Below the pieces are notes generated by a model. The model was not told the origin of the DNA. It saw nothing but the letters and a program-made list of their open reading frames with translations, and did not search any database. A stretch of 64,000 nucleotides of DNA from an uncultured Acidimicrobiia bacterium (GTDB taxonomy: Bacteria > Actinomycetota > Acidimicrobiia > Acidimicrobiales > AC-14). The DNA lies in NCBI GenBank assembly GCA_963836205.1, contig CAWIIV010000012.1, positions 32,001 through 96,000 of the forward strand, read 5' to 3'. Position 1 is the first letter of the stretch; each line of letters begins with the position of its first letter. Of the stretch, positions 31,822-42,160 are shown piece after piece. Made by a program: the position numbers and the translations under genes.

Positions 31822-32845
31822 GCCAGCAGGGCCAGCAGCACCAGCACCAGGACGATGACGGCCGCGGCCGCCACCAGCACCGCCCGGCGGCTGCGCCGCT
31901 GGGCCACGGCTACCTGCTCGGCCTGGCGTTGCTGGGTGACCGCCGCCTCCCGCTCGCGCATCTGTGCCTCCGCCCGGGCCACCAGAGCCGCCGCTGCGGC
32001 CGACGGCGTCGGGAAGATGGCGTGGGCGACCATGTCGCACACCGTTCGATCGGTGGCGTGGCCGAGCGCGGTCAGCACCGGGACCGGGCAGCCGGCGACG
32101 GCCAGGGCCAGCTCCGGCGAGTCGAACGCGGCCAGGTCGCTGCGGGCGCCGCCGCCTCGGGCCAACAGGATCACCTCGACCTTCTGGGCGCATAGGCCCC
32201 GCAGCGCCCGCTCCACCTGGGGGGCGGCCGACGGACCGCTCATCGCGGCCCGAGCCTCCAACACCTCGAAACCATGGCGCGACCGACCCAGCACCTCGAT
32301 GACGTCGGCCGCGGCCCTGCCCCCTCGGCGCCCGAGACCAGTCCGATCCGCCGGGGAGCGGCGGGCAGTACGAGCGCCCGCTGCGACGCCATCGCCCCAC
32401 TGGCCTCAAGCTCACGCACCAGGTCGTCGCGGGCGAGCACGGCCGCGCCCACCGCGATGCGGGGGTCGACCCCGAGGGCCACCATCCGCAGCGGGCCGTA
32501 GGCGCCGTTGGACTCCAGCCGGCCGTAGACGGCGACCTCGAGTCCGTCGGCCAGCTCCACTCCTACTCTGGCCAGGACCTGGTCGATCTCGACCGCCGAC
32601 TGGCGGAAGATGCCCACCGGCAGCACCGCCCGCACCGTGGTGGCGTCACGCTGGTACTCCACGAGCTCCAGCGACACGAAGCCCTTCCGCCGCCGCAGGC
32701 TGCTGATGGTGCCTACCACCCACAGCTGGCGCATCCCGGCCGTGGCCAGCGCCGCATCCAGCCCCGCGTGCACCTGACTCACTGTCCAGGACCCAGGCGT
32801 CTCAGCGCCCTGCGCCGGGTCGATCGCTCTCCCGCTCGCGCGCAT
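31818..32845 (-). CDS. Exonuclease VII large-subunit-like protein with C-terminal TM anchor (frameshift near 32310)
   Basis: WTVSQ..WVVGTIS OB-fold; PRRIGLVS, ARGGGARSDLAAFD, ALGHATDRTVCD, PTPSAAA; ends in VLVAAAAVIVLVLVLLALLA. Confidence 0.82.
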
Positions 32846-32941
32846 CGCGTCCTCCTTACGCAGCCGTGCCGAATGGTAGAAGGCCCCTGCGACAACAAGG
32901 GGCGGCCTCTGAGGCGAGGCAACGCGAGCCGAAGCCTCAGT

Positions 32942-33622
32942 TTACCTGCGCCCCTCCAGGTCCGGGGGGACCATTCGGTGCGCGGGCGGCTTGCGCAGGG
33001 GAGCGTGATCGCGTACCCACCCGGGGCACTTTCGTTTCACGACGGCCCAGCTCCTCCTGCCAGGAAGGTAGGGCGAATTGTCGAGCCGCCGGGCGATGAC
33101 GCCTTCGGCCCCGATCTCCTCGCACGCCTCGAAGAGCGCGTCGCCGTCGGGGAACTCGGTTGCCGTCACCCAGTGCCGACCGCCGAACTCAAGAGCTTCC
33201 AGCGACGCTCGGCGCTGCCGGTAGGCGTTGTCGAGGAGCAGACGCCCGTCGAGCCACAACAGGTCGAAGGCCACGAAGGTCACCGGCGTCGACCGGCGGC
33301 CCCGATCGATGGCCAGTGCTCCCGTCGCGTTCATCCGGCCGCCGAGGCGGTAGAAGCTGGGGGGCGACCCGTCGCCGGCGATGAGCTCCCCATCCAGTAC
33401 CGCCCGGTGGCCGTCGACCGCAGCGGCCGCGGCCGCCAGCTCCGGTACCGCCCGTTCGACGTGGCGGCCCGTACGGGTGACGAGGCGGATCTCTCCGGAA
33501 CAGCCGTCGATCAGCAGCTGCACCCGCCAGCCGTCGTTCTTGACGGCGTAGACAACCTCACCTGTCGGCACCGGTCCGGTGGAGACCAGCATTGGTGCGA
33601 TCCGGGGCAGGTCGGAGATCAC
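32942..33622 (-). CDS. ATP-dependent DNA ligase, adenylation domain only (LigD/LigC-like)
   Basis: KNDGWR, VLDGEL, FVAFDLLWLDG, EGVIARR..SPYLPGRRS..VKRK; no OB domain follows. Confidence 0.82.
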   Translation of the reverse strand: MISDLPRIAPMLVSTGPVPTGEVVYAVKNDGWRVQLLIDGCSGEIRLVTRTGRHVERAVPELAAAAAAVDGHRAVLDGELIAGDGSPPSFYRLGGRMNATGALAIDRGRRSTPVTFVAFDLLWLDGRLLLDNAYRQRRASLEALEFGGRHWVTATEFPDGDALFEACEEIGAEGVIARRLDNSPYLPGRRSWAVVKRKCPGWVRDHAPLRKPPAHRMVPPDLEGRR

Positions 33623-34105
33623 CGGCGAGCCACCACCCTTGCTCTACGTCGGATTCCGGGTCCCCGTCCCACACCCGTGCACCGTCCACGATCCCCTATA
33701 TGTCTCGCTCCCCGGCGACGGAAGATGCCTGTGGTGTCGTCGGGCCCGTCGCCCAGCCCGGTTCCCTGCTCGGCGCAACGCTCGAGTCGAGTGAGTCAGG
33801 CTCGACGCAGCAAATCCGAGCGACGCGGCGTGCCCGATCGCCGGCGCCACGTTCGAGTAGGTCGACGGCGGCAACTTCGGGCCACGCCAGGCGTTCCCGA
33901 TGAGCCTGCCAAGGTGCGCTCGAACGAGTTCACGAGGTTGACGTGGTGGTGGTCATACACGCCCGTGGGCATCGCCGCGAATGAACTGGGTAGTCGGGGA
34001 ACGCGGGGCCAGCACGCGCCGGACCGACCGCGGAGCCAGTGTGTCTGTAGGACACGGGGTTCAACGCCGCACGCGCTACTACCAGCACGCGTAGCGTCTC
34101 TGTTA

Positions 34106-34762
34106 GTGGACCTCTCAAACAGCTACGAGACAGCGGTCCCGGCGGACGTGCTTGCCCGCTATGACTGGCGAGAGACCCGCAATGCGGCGAGCATCATCCG
34201 CCACACGAACCCGGACGAGTTCGACGACTTCCTAGAGGTCCTGCGCGCCTTTACGCTCGACGAGGCCAGGGACATCCTGGTGGCCGGCAAGAACGAGAGT
34301 CTGACGGCCAAGTGGCTCAACCATGCGTTCCGAGCCCGAGGATGGCGAGAGGCGACCTATCAGGTCCAGCTCAGGGCGGAGTTGATCCTCAGGCCGTATC
34401 GGCTCGCAGGTGAGTTGAAGTCCCAGAGCCAGGTGTCCGAGGTCGTGACGTCGTCCTACCTGGTGGACAACGTGAAGGGACGGGTCGCTCTCGACGTCGA
34501 GTGGCAAGCGAAGGACGGCAACCTCGATCGAGACATCGCCGCGTACCGGTCCCTCTACGACGCGGGGATTATCGACGCAGCCTTGATTGTGACGATGACT
34601 CGAGCGGACCTACGGGCCATGGTGCTCGACGCCGACCCAGCGTCCAAGAAATTCGGCACCTCTACAACCACCAACGTGGAGATGGCCACGCCGAGACTGC
34701 AACGAGGCGACGGCGGTGGGTGCCCGCTCCTAATCGCCGCCATCTGCGCCCGGACGACCTAG
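34106..34762 (+). CDS. BglII/BstYI-family restriction endonuclease
   Basis: FRARGWRE...VDNVKGRVALDVEWQAKDGNLDRD...RGDGGGCPLLI. Confidence 0.85.
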   Translation: MDLSNSYETAVPADVLARYDWRETRNAASIIRHTNPDEFDDFLEVLRAFTLDEARDILVAGKNESLTAKWLNHAFRARGWREATYQVQLRAELILRPYRLAGELKSQSQVSEVVTSSYLVDNVKGRVALDVEWQAKDGNLDRDIAAYRSLYDAGIIDAALIVTMTRADLRAMVLDADPASKKFGTSTTTNVEMATPRLQRGDGGGCPLLIAAICARTT

Positions 34763-35397
34763 CGTGCGCCCCTATACATGGGGTGTTGCAGACCCCGGGG
34801 CGTCACGTCGGGGTCTGACTCGTTACCCCAGACTCGCCATCCCGGGGCGGGGTACCGCGCGAACAGCTCAAGGCGGGGTCCTGGTGAGCAGGCCTCGATG
34901 ACTGGATACAACTCGTCGGGCTTGCGCGAGTGCTCCCGCTTCTGCGTCTCGATCATGTTCACTTGGCGTCGGCCCGGAGGGAGCGTCCGCAGCTTGCCCC
35001 GCACCCCGAACAGGACCGGTTCCGTCACGTTGCGGAAGTAGAACCCGACACCCCGCCCATCGGGCCCGCCGTCCTTTCTCCTCTTCGCCCAGACGATCAT
35101 CGACTTGTAGGTGAAGCCCCAGGCCTCCATCACCGCCAGGCCCTCTGAGATCAGAGCGTTGGGCACCCAGAGGTAACAGTGAGACTGCCGAGCGACCACG
35201 TTCGCCACGGGAAGCGCGGCGATGTCCTTCCAGGTCATGGTGTCGTAGCGGCTCAGTCGGCGGTGCTCGGGAGCGACCTTGCCGGTTCGATTCTGAAAGC
35301 GCCACGGCGGGTCAGCAAGGATGGTGCCGAACGGTACGCCGCCCAGGCAGCCAAGCGTGAGGTCGGCGGCCTCAGTATCGACTGGAAGGGCGGTCAC
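34759..35397 (-). CDS. MT-A70 family adenine methyltransferase
   Basis: ILADPPW, HCYLWVPN, WGFTYK, GVGFYFRNVTE, REHSRKPDE, LELFAR. Confidence 0.93.
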   Translation of the reverse strand: MTALPVDTEAADLTLGCLGGVPFGTILADPPWRFQNRTGKVAPEHRRLSRYDTMTWKDIAALPVANVVARQSHCYLWVPNALISEGLAVMEAWGFTYKSMIVWAKRRKDGGPDGRGVGFYFRNVTEPVLFGVRGKLRTLPPGRRQVNMIETQKREHSRKPDELYPVIEACSPGPRLELFARYPAPGWRVWGNESDPDVTPRGLQHPMYRGAR

Positions 35398-35669
35398 TGC
35401 TCGCCCCGAATGTCAGCCAGGTGCTTGTTTCCAAGCCGAGGCACCCGCCAGCGGATCCAGCCGTCCACCGCCTTGAGTTCCAGAGCGAAGCGAGCCGCCC
35501 GCGAGGGCGAGCCGAACGTCCTGCCACCGACCGTGACTGACCCGTCTGCCTCCAGGACGCCGTCGATGTTCGGTTTCGACAGCCGCTGCAGAATCACTTT
35601 CTCCCCTGCCTGAAGGGCCCCCCTGTCGATCAAGTCCTTCACCGTCATCGTCCCTGTGGGTTTTGCCAT
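35394..35669 (-). CDS. Stand-alone RAMA (DUF4357-like) domain protein
   Basis: VKDLIDRGALQAGE...GVLEADGSVTVGGRTFGSPSRAA...VDGWIRWRV; 4-bp overlap with the MTase. Confidence 0.75.
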   Translation of the reverse strand: MAKPTGTMTVKDLIDRGALQAGEKVILQRLSKPNIDGVLEADGSVTVGGRTFGSPSRAARFALELKAVDGWIRWRVPRLGNKHLADIRGEQ

Positions 35670-36011
35670 CCTGTCCCAACCTCTCGGTTGACCGCCCGGT
35701 AAATCTCTGGATCCGCAGATCTAACCCTACTGCCACCGGTCTAGCAATTGCTGGCATTCCCACAGTGAATGCCGAGGGTGTGACAACCTCAGGCGGCGAC
35801 GTGCGAACTGCGCTCCGTCCGCACCCGACGGGTCCCCCCCCGAGTGCCAGGCGTGAAGGCGAACTGACTCGCACACCTGATTACCCTGGCCGGAACTAGC
35901 GCGTGGCGCTCGACGAGCGTCTGCGCGAGCCCCGCGTTCAGTTCGGCACGGTTGTCCGCCGAAGGCGCCCGTCAACGGAGGCGGGTCGGTTGCTTCGTCC
36001 GGGCGCCGAGA

Positions 36012-37341
36012 TCATGGATTCGCCACCAGGTCATCAAGCTGCCTGTAGAAGCCGCCAAGATTGGAACTCGCGGAGAACCCGATGTCGAAGAACAAAATGG
36101 CGATATCGTCGCCGAATCCTCTAACGCGGTACGGAGGCGGTATCGTGTCCCCCGCATCCAGGGTGACCGGGTAGATGAGGCCGACCACAGCCGGCCGCCA
36201 TTGATCGTGACGACCATAGGATACGGCTTGGTAGACGTCGGTTCGTCCGATCCGTACCTTCCTTCCACCGAGCGCAAACTCAACGTCGCCCTGCGCCGAT
36301 GGCTTGTCGACCTCCTTGTACTTAGCGTCCAACAGCAGCCGCGTCGCCCCGACATCCAGGACGTAGTCAGGGTCCACCGGGCTCCGTTTGACAATCAGTC
36401 CCTGGTTGTCTAGAAGGTGCGCAGACGGCCGGGCCTTCACGAGCACCCCGCCCGACCACGCACTGAGCGCACCCCGGACGGCCTCCTGGAACAGCTTGCT
36501 TGCGTCCCAGAGAAAGGCGTCTTGGGTATGAGGTCCGCGCTCATCGCTCACGAAGAGGCCATTGATGATCGCTTGTGTCTTAGCGATGATCGGCGAATAG
36601 TGCCGCATGGCTCCTCGGAGTTGTAACCGCCGACAATCTGCTTGGGAGGCAGGGCGATCTGTCACGGTTGCGAGCAACGGTAGGATGCGGTTGCCCACGC
36701 GAGCGAGAGCCTGCCTCGCCGCCGGAATAGGGACTTCGGTCGCGAGCCTTAATGCCTTGCGTAATCCTGCCTTGAGCACCTGATTGGCCAGGTTGTCGTG
36801 CGTAGACTCGAAGAACTGGCACGGCACACTCTCTGCCTGGCCTCGGGCTAGGTGTCGACCGACGTAGTCGTGGACCAACATTCGGCCACGGACGCGCGCC
36901 TGGAGCACCTCCCGACGCAAGACGTAGTCTCGCCGAAGCCATCGCGGACGCGAACCGTTCAAGCTCGCCGATGTACCAGGCGAGCATGCAGGCCACAGGG
37001 TCGAGACGTAGCACCTTAAGATCGGCCTCCAGCGGTGTGATGGCTAGTACGTCCTTGACCCCTCCGAACGCCCAGTCAGCCATGAAGAACAGATCGGCGT
37101 CGATCTTCGGACGCAGGCGCACTTGGCGGCTCCGATCTGTGCCAACGAGCTTTGCCACACCGACGTAGCTACCTGCGCTGACGGCCCACGAACCCATACC
37201 CATTCCCAAGGGCCGCGCCACGCTCAGACGCAGGCTGGACCACGTCTCAGGAGGCACTGTTCCAATCAAGCTCTCGGGCGCGATCACCGTCTCGTGTTCC
37301 GCCGCCTCCAGTTCATCGTCGTCGAGCGACCACGAGCGCAT
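36012..37341 (-). CDS. mcrC: McrC-like restriction subunit (frameshift near 36950)
   Basis: SYVGVA..VRLRPKI; THDNLANQVLK; LFQEAVR; VDPDYVL..LLLDAKYK; DVYQAVSY. Confidence 0.82.
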
Positions 37342-37345
37342 TCGC

Positions 37346-39082
37346 CTAGAGCTGGGCAAGATGTCCGGCTAGGACGGCCCTGAGGTCGCCCTGCTTGGGT
37401 CGTTGACCGCCGGTGTGACCCACCGACGCAAGGAGTTGGTCCAGCCGGCCAGCGGCGAATCGTCCTTCGGCGGCGTACTCAAGTAGAAGGGGATACACCT
37501 CATACGCGAATCGTCGGGCGAGTGAGTCCAGCGCCTCGCTCGGCGTCAAAGCTGTTGGAGGTCGATCTGGCATAAAATAGGAGTGTCCGACCTGCAGATC
37601 GCGGAGTTCGGGTTCTTCGGCGAAAAGCAGGGCCACCGAGTCGAACAGGTGTAGCGCCGCAGTGCGATCCTCGGTGCCGACGAAGCCCGGCGCTTTCTCG
37701 ATCACACCGCGGTCAGCCTGAACGTCGATGAACACGAAGCGGCGGCGCAACGCGTAGTCGATCAACGCAATCGAGCGGTCGGCCGTGTTCATCGTCCCGA
37801 TGAGTCGAACGGAGGTGGGAAGCGTCAGAGTGGCCCGCCCGTCAACTTCATAGGGCGTGCCTACCGCTTCCCCCCGGTACTCGAGCGCGTAGATGAGCTC
37901 ACCGAAGATCTTGGAGATGTCGCCCCGGTTGATTTCATCGACGATAAGGACGATGTCGACATCGGCGCTGCGCGCCTCGAGTGCGGCCCCGAGGCTTGCC
38001 ACGAATCCGAGGATGCGGTTCTTCGCAACGAATGTCACCCCCCCGACGACGGTCTCGGCCTGCAGACCTCGCACGAAGTCCTCGTAGGTATAGGAGGGAT
38101 GAAACTGGACGATGTCCCAGACGGCGGGTGTTCCAGACTGGACTACCAGATCGGCTACCCGCTCCGCCGTGCGTTCATGACTTGGGAGTGAGTCGACCAG
38201 CGCACCGATACGGGCGAGTTCCGGGTCGGCCGCGACCAGCCAGCTCACGTACTGCCGGGCGACGTGGGTCTTTCCCACTCCCGGCGGACCCTGGAGGACT
38301 ACCTGGCCCTTGCGCCTCAGCTCGACATCCAGCTCCCGTAGCTCGGGGGGGAGCACCGACTGGGTCCGCCGCGGGACCGCCGTTATCACTCGACGAGACG
38401 CCGCGCGGAACTCCTGCTGCGTCAGGTTCAGCCAGTGATTCGCCCCAACTCCGAGGGCTAGGTCAACCGGATCGGAACCAGGAGCGGGGCGAATGTTGAG
38501 CTTCTCTAGCCGAGAGACGAGGTACGCCACCACGGCCGGGACCGCATGCGAGGTGGGCATTTCCGCGTCGATACCGATGATCGTCCCACCACGCTTACGC
38601 GGCACCACAAGACCCGCAGTCTCGAAGTAGCGCAGGAAGTTTGTCGCCGGCTTCCTGTCACCGAGCGCCGCCATCACGTGATCGACGTCAAAGACACTCG
38701 GGTCGAGCTTGCCGTCCTGCGTCGTCAGTACCTGTTCAACCACGTTAGCGAGGCGCGGGTCGGCTAGAAGCAGCGCCACCCACACGACCAGAGGAGCTTC
38801 ACGAGCGCGAGTGCGGCAGGCCTGTAGCAGTGGGTCGTCCCGAATTCGATCTCCATCAAAGCTGAACAGGTCGTCCGCCAACTCACCGTGAGCGTGGTCG
38901 GTGCCCTCCAGCACCCGCCGCCCCTCCAGCCTCGTCATGCCTGGCAGCACCTCGCCCAACTCCGCGACCAGCTCCTGGATCATGTAGTGCTTGGTCAGGG
39001 AGAGCTTGCCTGTGCCGATGGGACTCACAGGACCGCTCGACTCTCCGAGGGCGATTCGACGCTTCCGCTCCTCACTTTGCAC
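37346..39082 (-). CDS. mcrB: McrB-like AAA+ GTPase with an unrecognised N-terminal domain
   Basis: QGPPGVGKT, VQFHPSYTYEDFV, IVDEINRG, GTMNTADRSIALIDYALRRRF, GHSYF. Confidence 0.9.
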   Translation of the reverse strand: MQSEERKRRIALGESSGPVSPIGTGKLSLTKHYMIQELVAELGEVLPGMTRLEGRRVLEGTDHAHGELADDLFSFDGDRIRDDPLLQACRTRAREAPLVVWVALLLADPRLANVVEQVLTTQDGKLDPSVFDVDHVMAALGDRKPATNFLRYFETAGLVVPRKRGGTIIGIDAEMPTSHAVPAVVAYLVSRLEKLNIRPAPGSDPVDLALGVGANHWLNLTQQEFRAASRRVITAVPRRTQSVLPPELRELDVELRRKGQVVLQGPPGVGKTHVARQYVSWLVAADPELARIGALVDSLPSHERTAERVADLVVQSGTPAVWDIVQFHPSYTYEDFVRGLQAETVVGGVTFVAKNRILGFVASLGAALEARSADVDIVLIVDEINRGDISKIFGELIYALEYRGEAVGTPYEVDGRATLTLPTSVRLIGTMNTADRSIALIDYALRRRFVFIDVQADRGVIEKAPGFVGTEDRTAALHLFDSVALLFAEEPELRDLQVGHSYFMPDRPPTALTPSEALDSLARRFAYEVYPLLLEYAAEGRFAAGRLDQLLASVGHTGGQRPKQGDLRAVLAGHLAQL

Positions 39083-39538
39083 ACGGTATCGAAGGCGCGC
39101 AACTGACCCACGCCAGGGGTCTCCTTCTAAAGCACTTCGAGCGGTCTGAATCTCCTCGTTCTTTAGGCGACCGTGTCAGCGAGCCCACAACGGAGGGCGC
39201 CCCGCTCGCCTGACGGCGGATCAGGCGAGCCGGGACGCCGCACGATCCTCCCAGATCTGCCGGGGCAGGACAACGTCTTCAGCCCCCGCCTCACTGAGTG
39301 TCGTTCCAGCGCGGGTCACGCACGGCGATAGTCGCCAGGTCCCGCCACCTCCGTATGGCACGGACCGGAAACGGGGGCGGCAAGTGTGCCGCGCAGGCAA
39401 GCCGCTGATCGCCGCCGCCACGTCGACGAGGCGTTGCTGCGGAGAGACACCGGAGGACCGAACGCGGGATTGCGCCGGCCCGTGCCTCACGGGCGACGAG
39501 GTCGGTCAGGATTGGTCGTTGTCCTGGCGGGCCGGGTA

Positions 39539-41047
39539 CTAAATGTTCTGGCATCCGGGGCCGCCGAGCGCTCGTACCGCCTCGTCGAGGCTGTCGACGC
39601 CGATCACGGTCATCAGGCCCGCGTAACGGCGGGCGAATTCGGCCTGGCCACCCGGCACGACGAGGAGCGATGCACCCGCCCGCTGCGCCGACGCGGCCTT
39701 GAACCGCAGCCCGACGATGGGACCCACGACGCCATCCGTGCCGATGGTCCCGGTAACCGCGATTGCGCGGCCGGCGGCCAACGTGTCCGGTCCGGTGGCG
39801 TCGACCAACCCAAGGGCGGCCGCCAGACCCGACGAGCTCTGCACCAGGCCGCTCAGGTCCACACGAGCAAAGCCGTCGCCGTCCACCAGCTCCACCGGGC
39901 GCCGTTCGAGCGACACCGCCCGCAGTCGAGGAGCTCCCTCGTCGCCCACCTCGACGGGCAGCGTGGCCTCGTGCGTCGCGCCCTCAGCCGAGCGGGTCTC
40001 GATGACGAGCGTTCCGTTTCCCCGCGCGCTCGCCGCGGCGTAGAGATCCTCGATGCCGTCGACGGGCCGGCCGTCTGCGCTCATAAGCTGGGCCCCCGAC
40101 GGGATCAGCCCGGTGCCGCCGAGCTGGGGATCGTGACGAGTCACGAACACGCCCCCGCCGCGAAAGGCGATGGGCCGCCCCACGCATGCGGATGCAGCCA
40201 CCACCGCGGAAGACTCCGCCAGCGTGCGACCGGCGAGGTCGCGGTCCCGGGAGCTGACCGGCCTGGTCCACGGCAGCTGCCAGTGTGCGTCCGCCGCGCT
40301 GTCGAGGGCAGCCCGGAGGAGAGTGAGTCCGGTGGCGGTGCCGTCGCTCACCGAGACGATCGGAATGCTGCCCGGCCGAGGCTCGGCGCCCTCGAGGCGG
40401 TCGCCAACGGCTACGGCATCGCCCGGCCCCTCGACGCTGGCTACGACAAGAGGCATCCGGACGAAACAGAACGCCAGGGAGGTGACGGCGAGTGCCGCGA
40501 ACAAGGTGCGGCGAACACCTGCCAGGCGAGCGGGAGTAGGACCGTTGACGACCATGCCCTCGTCGGACCGGGCCCGCAGCTCGTCCACCACCTCCTCGAT
40601 GGGAACGGGGAGGAAACACTGGTAAACGACCGGGGTACGCCGGGCCCTCCCGGTGTGGTCCAGTCGGGACCGGAGTGAGCGGCCGAGGAAGGTCTCGCGC
40701 ACCTCGACGCCGACGACGTCGCTCCACCTGGCGTGGCGTCGATCGAACATGAGCCCTTCGTCGTCCAGGCGCACGATGACCGGCGGTCGGAGAAGACGAC
40801 GAAGGGCCCACACCAGCATCACGACCGCGCCCACGCCGTAGCCGATGGCCACGGTTCTGGGCGCCGTGGGCGACAGCGCCTGCGACGCCAGCCCCCAGGC
40901 TAGGAACAGGAACATGCCTCCGACCCAGCGACGACAGCGCACGCAGTAAACGGCCGACGGATCGGCCACCTGGTGCGGCGCGGGCGAACTCATCGTCCCA
41001 TCAGCAGCACCATCGAGCTGCGACAGACCCGGCCCCCGGGCGGTCAT
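39539..41047 (-). CDS. Membrane protein with PDZ-like and Lon (S16) protease C-terminal domain
   Basis: TM helices; SSGLAAALGLVD...IAVTGTIGTDGVVGPIVGLRFKA..A..AGA. Confidence 0.72.
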   Translation of the reverse strand: MTARGPGLSQLDGAADGTMSSPAPHQVADPSAVYCVRCRRWVGGMFLFLAWGLASQALSPTAPRTVAIGYGVGAVVMLVWALRRLLRPPVIVRLDDEGLMFDRRHARWSDVVGVEVRETFLGRSLRSRLDHTGRARRTPVVYQCFLPVPIEEVVDELRARSDEGMVVNGPTPARLAGVRRTLFAALAVTSLAFCFVRMPLVVASVEGPGDAVAVGDRLEGAEPRPGSIPIVSVSDGTATGLTLLRAALDSAADAHWQLPWTRPVSSRDRDLAGRTLAESSAVVAASACVGRPIAFRGGGVFVTRHDPQLGGTGLIPSGAQLMSADGRPVDGIEDLYAAASARGNGTLVIETRSAEGATHEATLPVEVGDEGAPRLRAVSLERRPVELVDGDGFARVDLSGLVQSSSGLAAALGLVDATGPDTLAAGRAIAVTGTIGTDGVVGPIVGLRFKAASAQRAGASLLVVPGGQAEFARRYAGLMTVIGVDSLDEAVRALGGPGCQNI

Positions 41048-41056
41048 GACGGCGGA

Positions 41057-42160
41057 TCACGACCTGCCCCCGGGGACCGGGAGCTCGCACCGTAGCGAAG
41101 CGGGCGGGACGCCCAGCCAGGAGCGAGCGGGTTGATCCGGGGTCACTGCACGGACGCGTCGGCCGGTGCCCCCCGGATTTCGATGACGTGGTAGGGGATG
41201 ATCGAGGGCTCGCCGGTCACCGGGCCTAGAGCCTCGGTGCGGGACGACGCCGAAGCCTGAGAACGTGTACGACCCCTCCCACACGACCGACAGCGCGATG
41301 CGGTAGTCGCCCTTCGTCTCCCACTTGTAGCGGGCGGCCGGCGCGTCTCGGGTACCGGGCCCGTCGGTGGTGAACCTCGGGCTGGGGTTGCGGATTGACT
41401 CGGTGTCGCCGGGCTGACGCATGTCCCACTGGTAGCGAACGGGATGAGCCCTGGTGGTCACCGTGTAGCCCCGGATCGCCACCGTCACCGACACCTCGGG
41501 GGGTGGGGGCGGGTCGATCCACAGAAGCATCTCGAGCCCAGTTAGCCCGGGCGCTTCACCCGCCGCACACCCTGCCGCCGGATTCGCTGGCCCCGGACTG
41601 GCGCTCGCCGGCGAACAGTTTCGGCCTGAGGGACTCAACATGAACGGCAGCTTCGGCAGCGGCGCCTCGGCGACGACTTCGGCGGCGCTGGGGGCTGGGG
41701 GCGGAGCGGATGTGACTCCGGCCTCTCCTGGCAGCTCACATCCCGTACTGGAGCTGACCACCTCGCCGTTTCTGGTATCAGTGAGCGTGTCCCGGTATGG
41801 CCGTCCCACCTCGCCGCTGGGCCCCGTGCAAGTGGGGGCGGGTCCGTCCAACGTCACCGGCAGGCCAGTCGTCGGATCGATCGTCGTCCTGATCGCCGCC
41901 GGATACTTATCGGGATAGGTCCGTGCCCACTGGTAGGGTGACTCGCCGGTGGTGCCCGACGATTCGGTGTCGTTCGAGCCGGTGCCGTCGGCGGGAGAAC
42001 CTGTGCTCTCCTCGTCCGGCACGCACACTCCCGCAGTGAGGTCACTGCTGCCTAACAACCCGACGCCATCTGGGCATGGAAGGGCGGCGACCGCTGTCGA
42101 CGCTGTCGACATTGCACCGATTACAAGCGTCAGCACCAATAGGACGCGCCGCGTTCTCAT
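41057..42160 (-). CDS. Secreted protein with C-terminal PKD-like domain (3' end probably frameshifted)
   Basis: Signal peptide; GLTGLEMLLW...AHPVRYQWDM...YKWETKGDYRIALSVVWEG. Confidence 0.65.
   Translation of the reverse strand: MRTRRVLLVLTLVIGAMSTASTAVAALPCPDGVGLLGSSDLTAGVCVPDEESTGSPADGTGSNDTESSGTTGESPYQWARTYPDKYPAAIRTTIDPTTGLPVTLDGPAPTCTGPSGEVGRPYRDTLTDTRNGEVVSSSTGCELPGEAGVTSAPPPAPSAAEVVAEAPLPKLPFMLSPSGRNCSPASASPGPANPAAGCAAGEAPGLTGLEMLLWIDPPPPPEVSVTVAIRGYTVTTRAHPVRYQWDMRQPGDTESIRNPSPRFTTDGPGTRDAPAARYKWETKGDYRIALSVVWEGSYTFSGFGVVPHRGSRPGDRRALDHPLPRHRNPGGTGRRVRAVTPDQPARSWLGVPPASLRCELPVPGGRS

Noticed and set aside
32768-34105. N-terminal extension of the 664-aa ORF as a REase fusion
   Set aside because: It is antisense to the ligase and low in complexity; the real gene likely starts at GTG 34106
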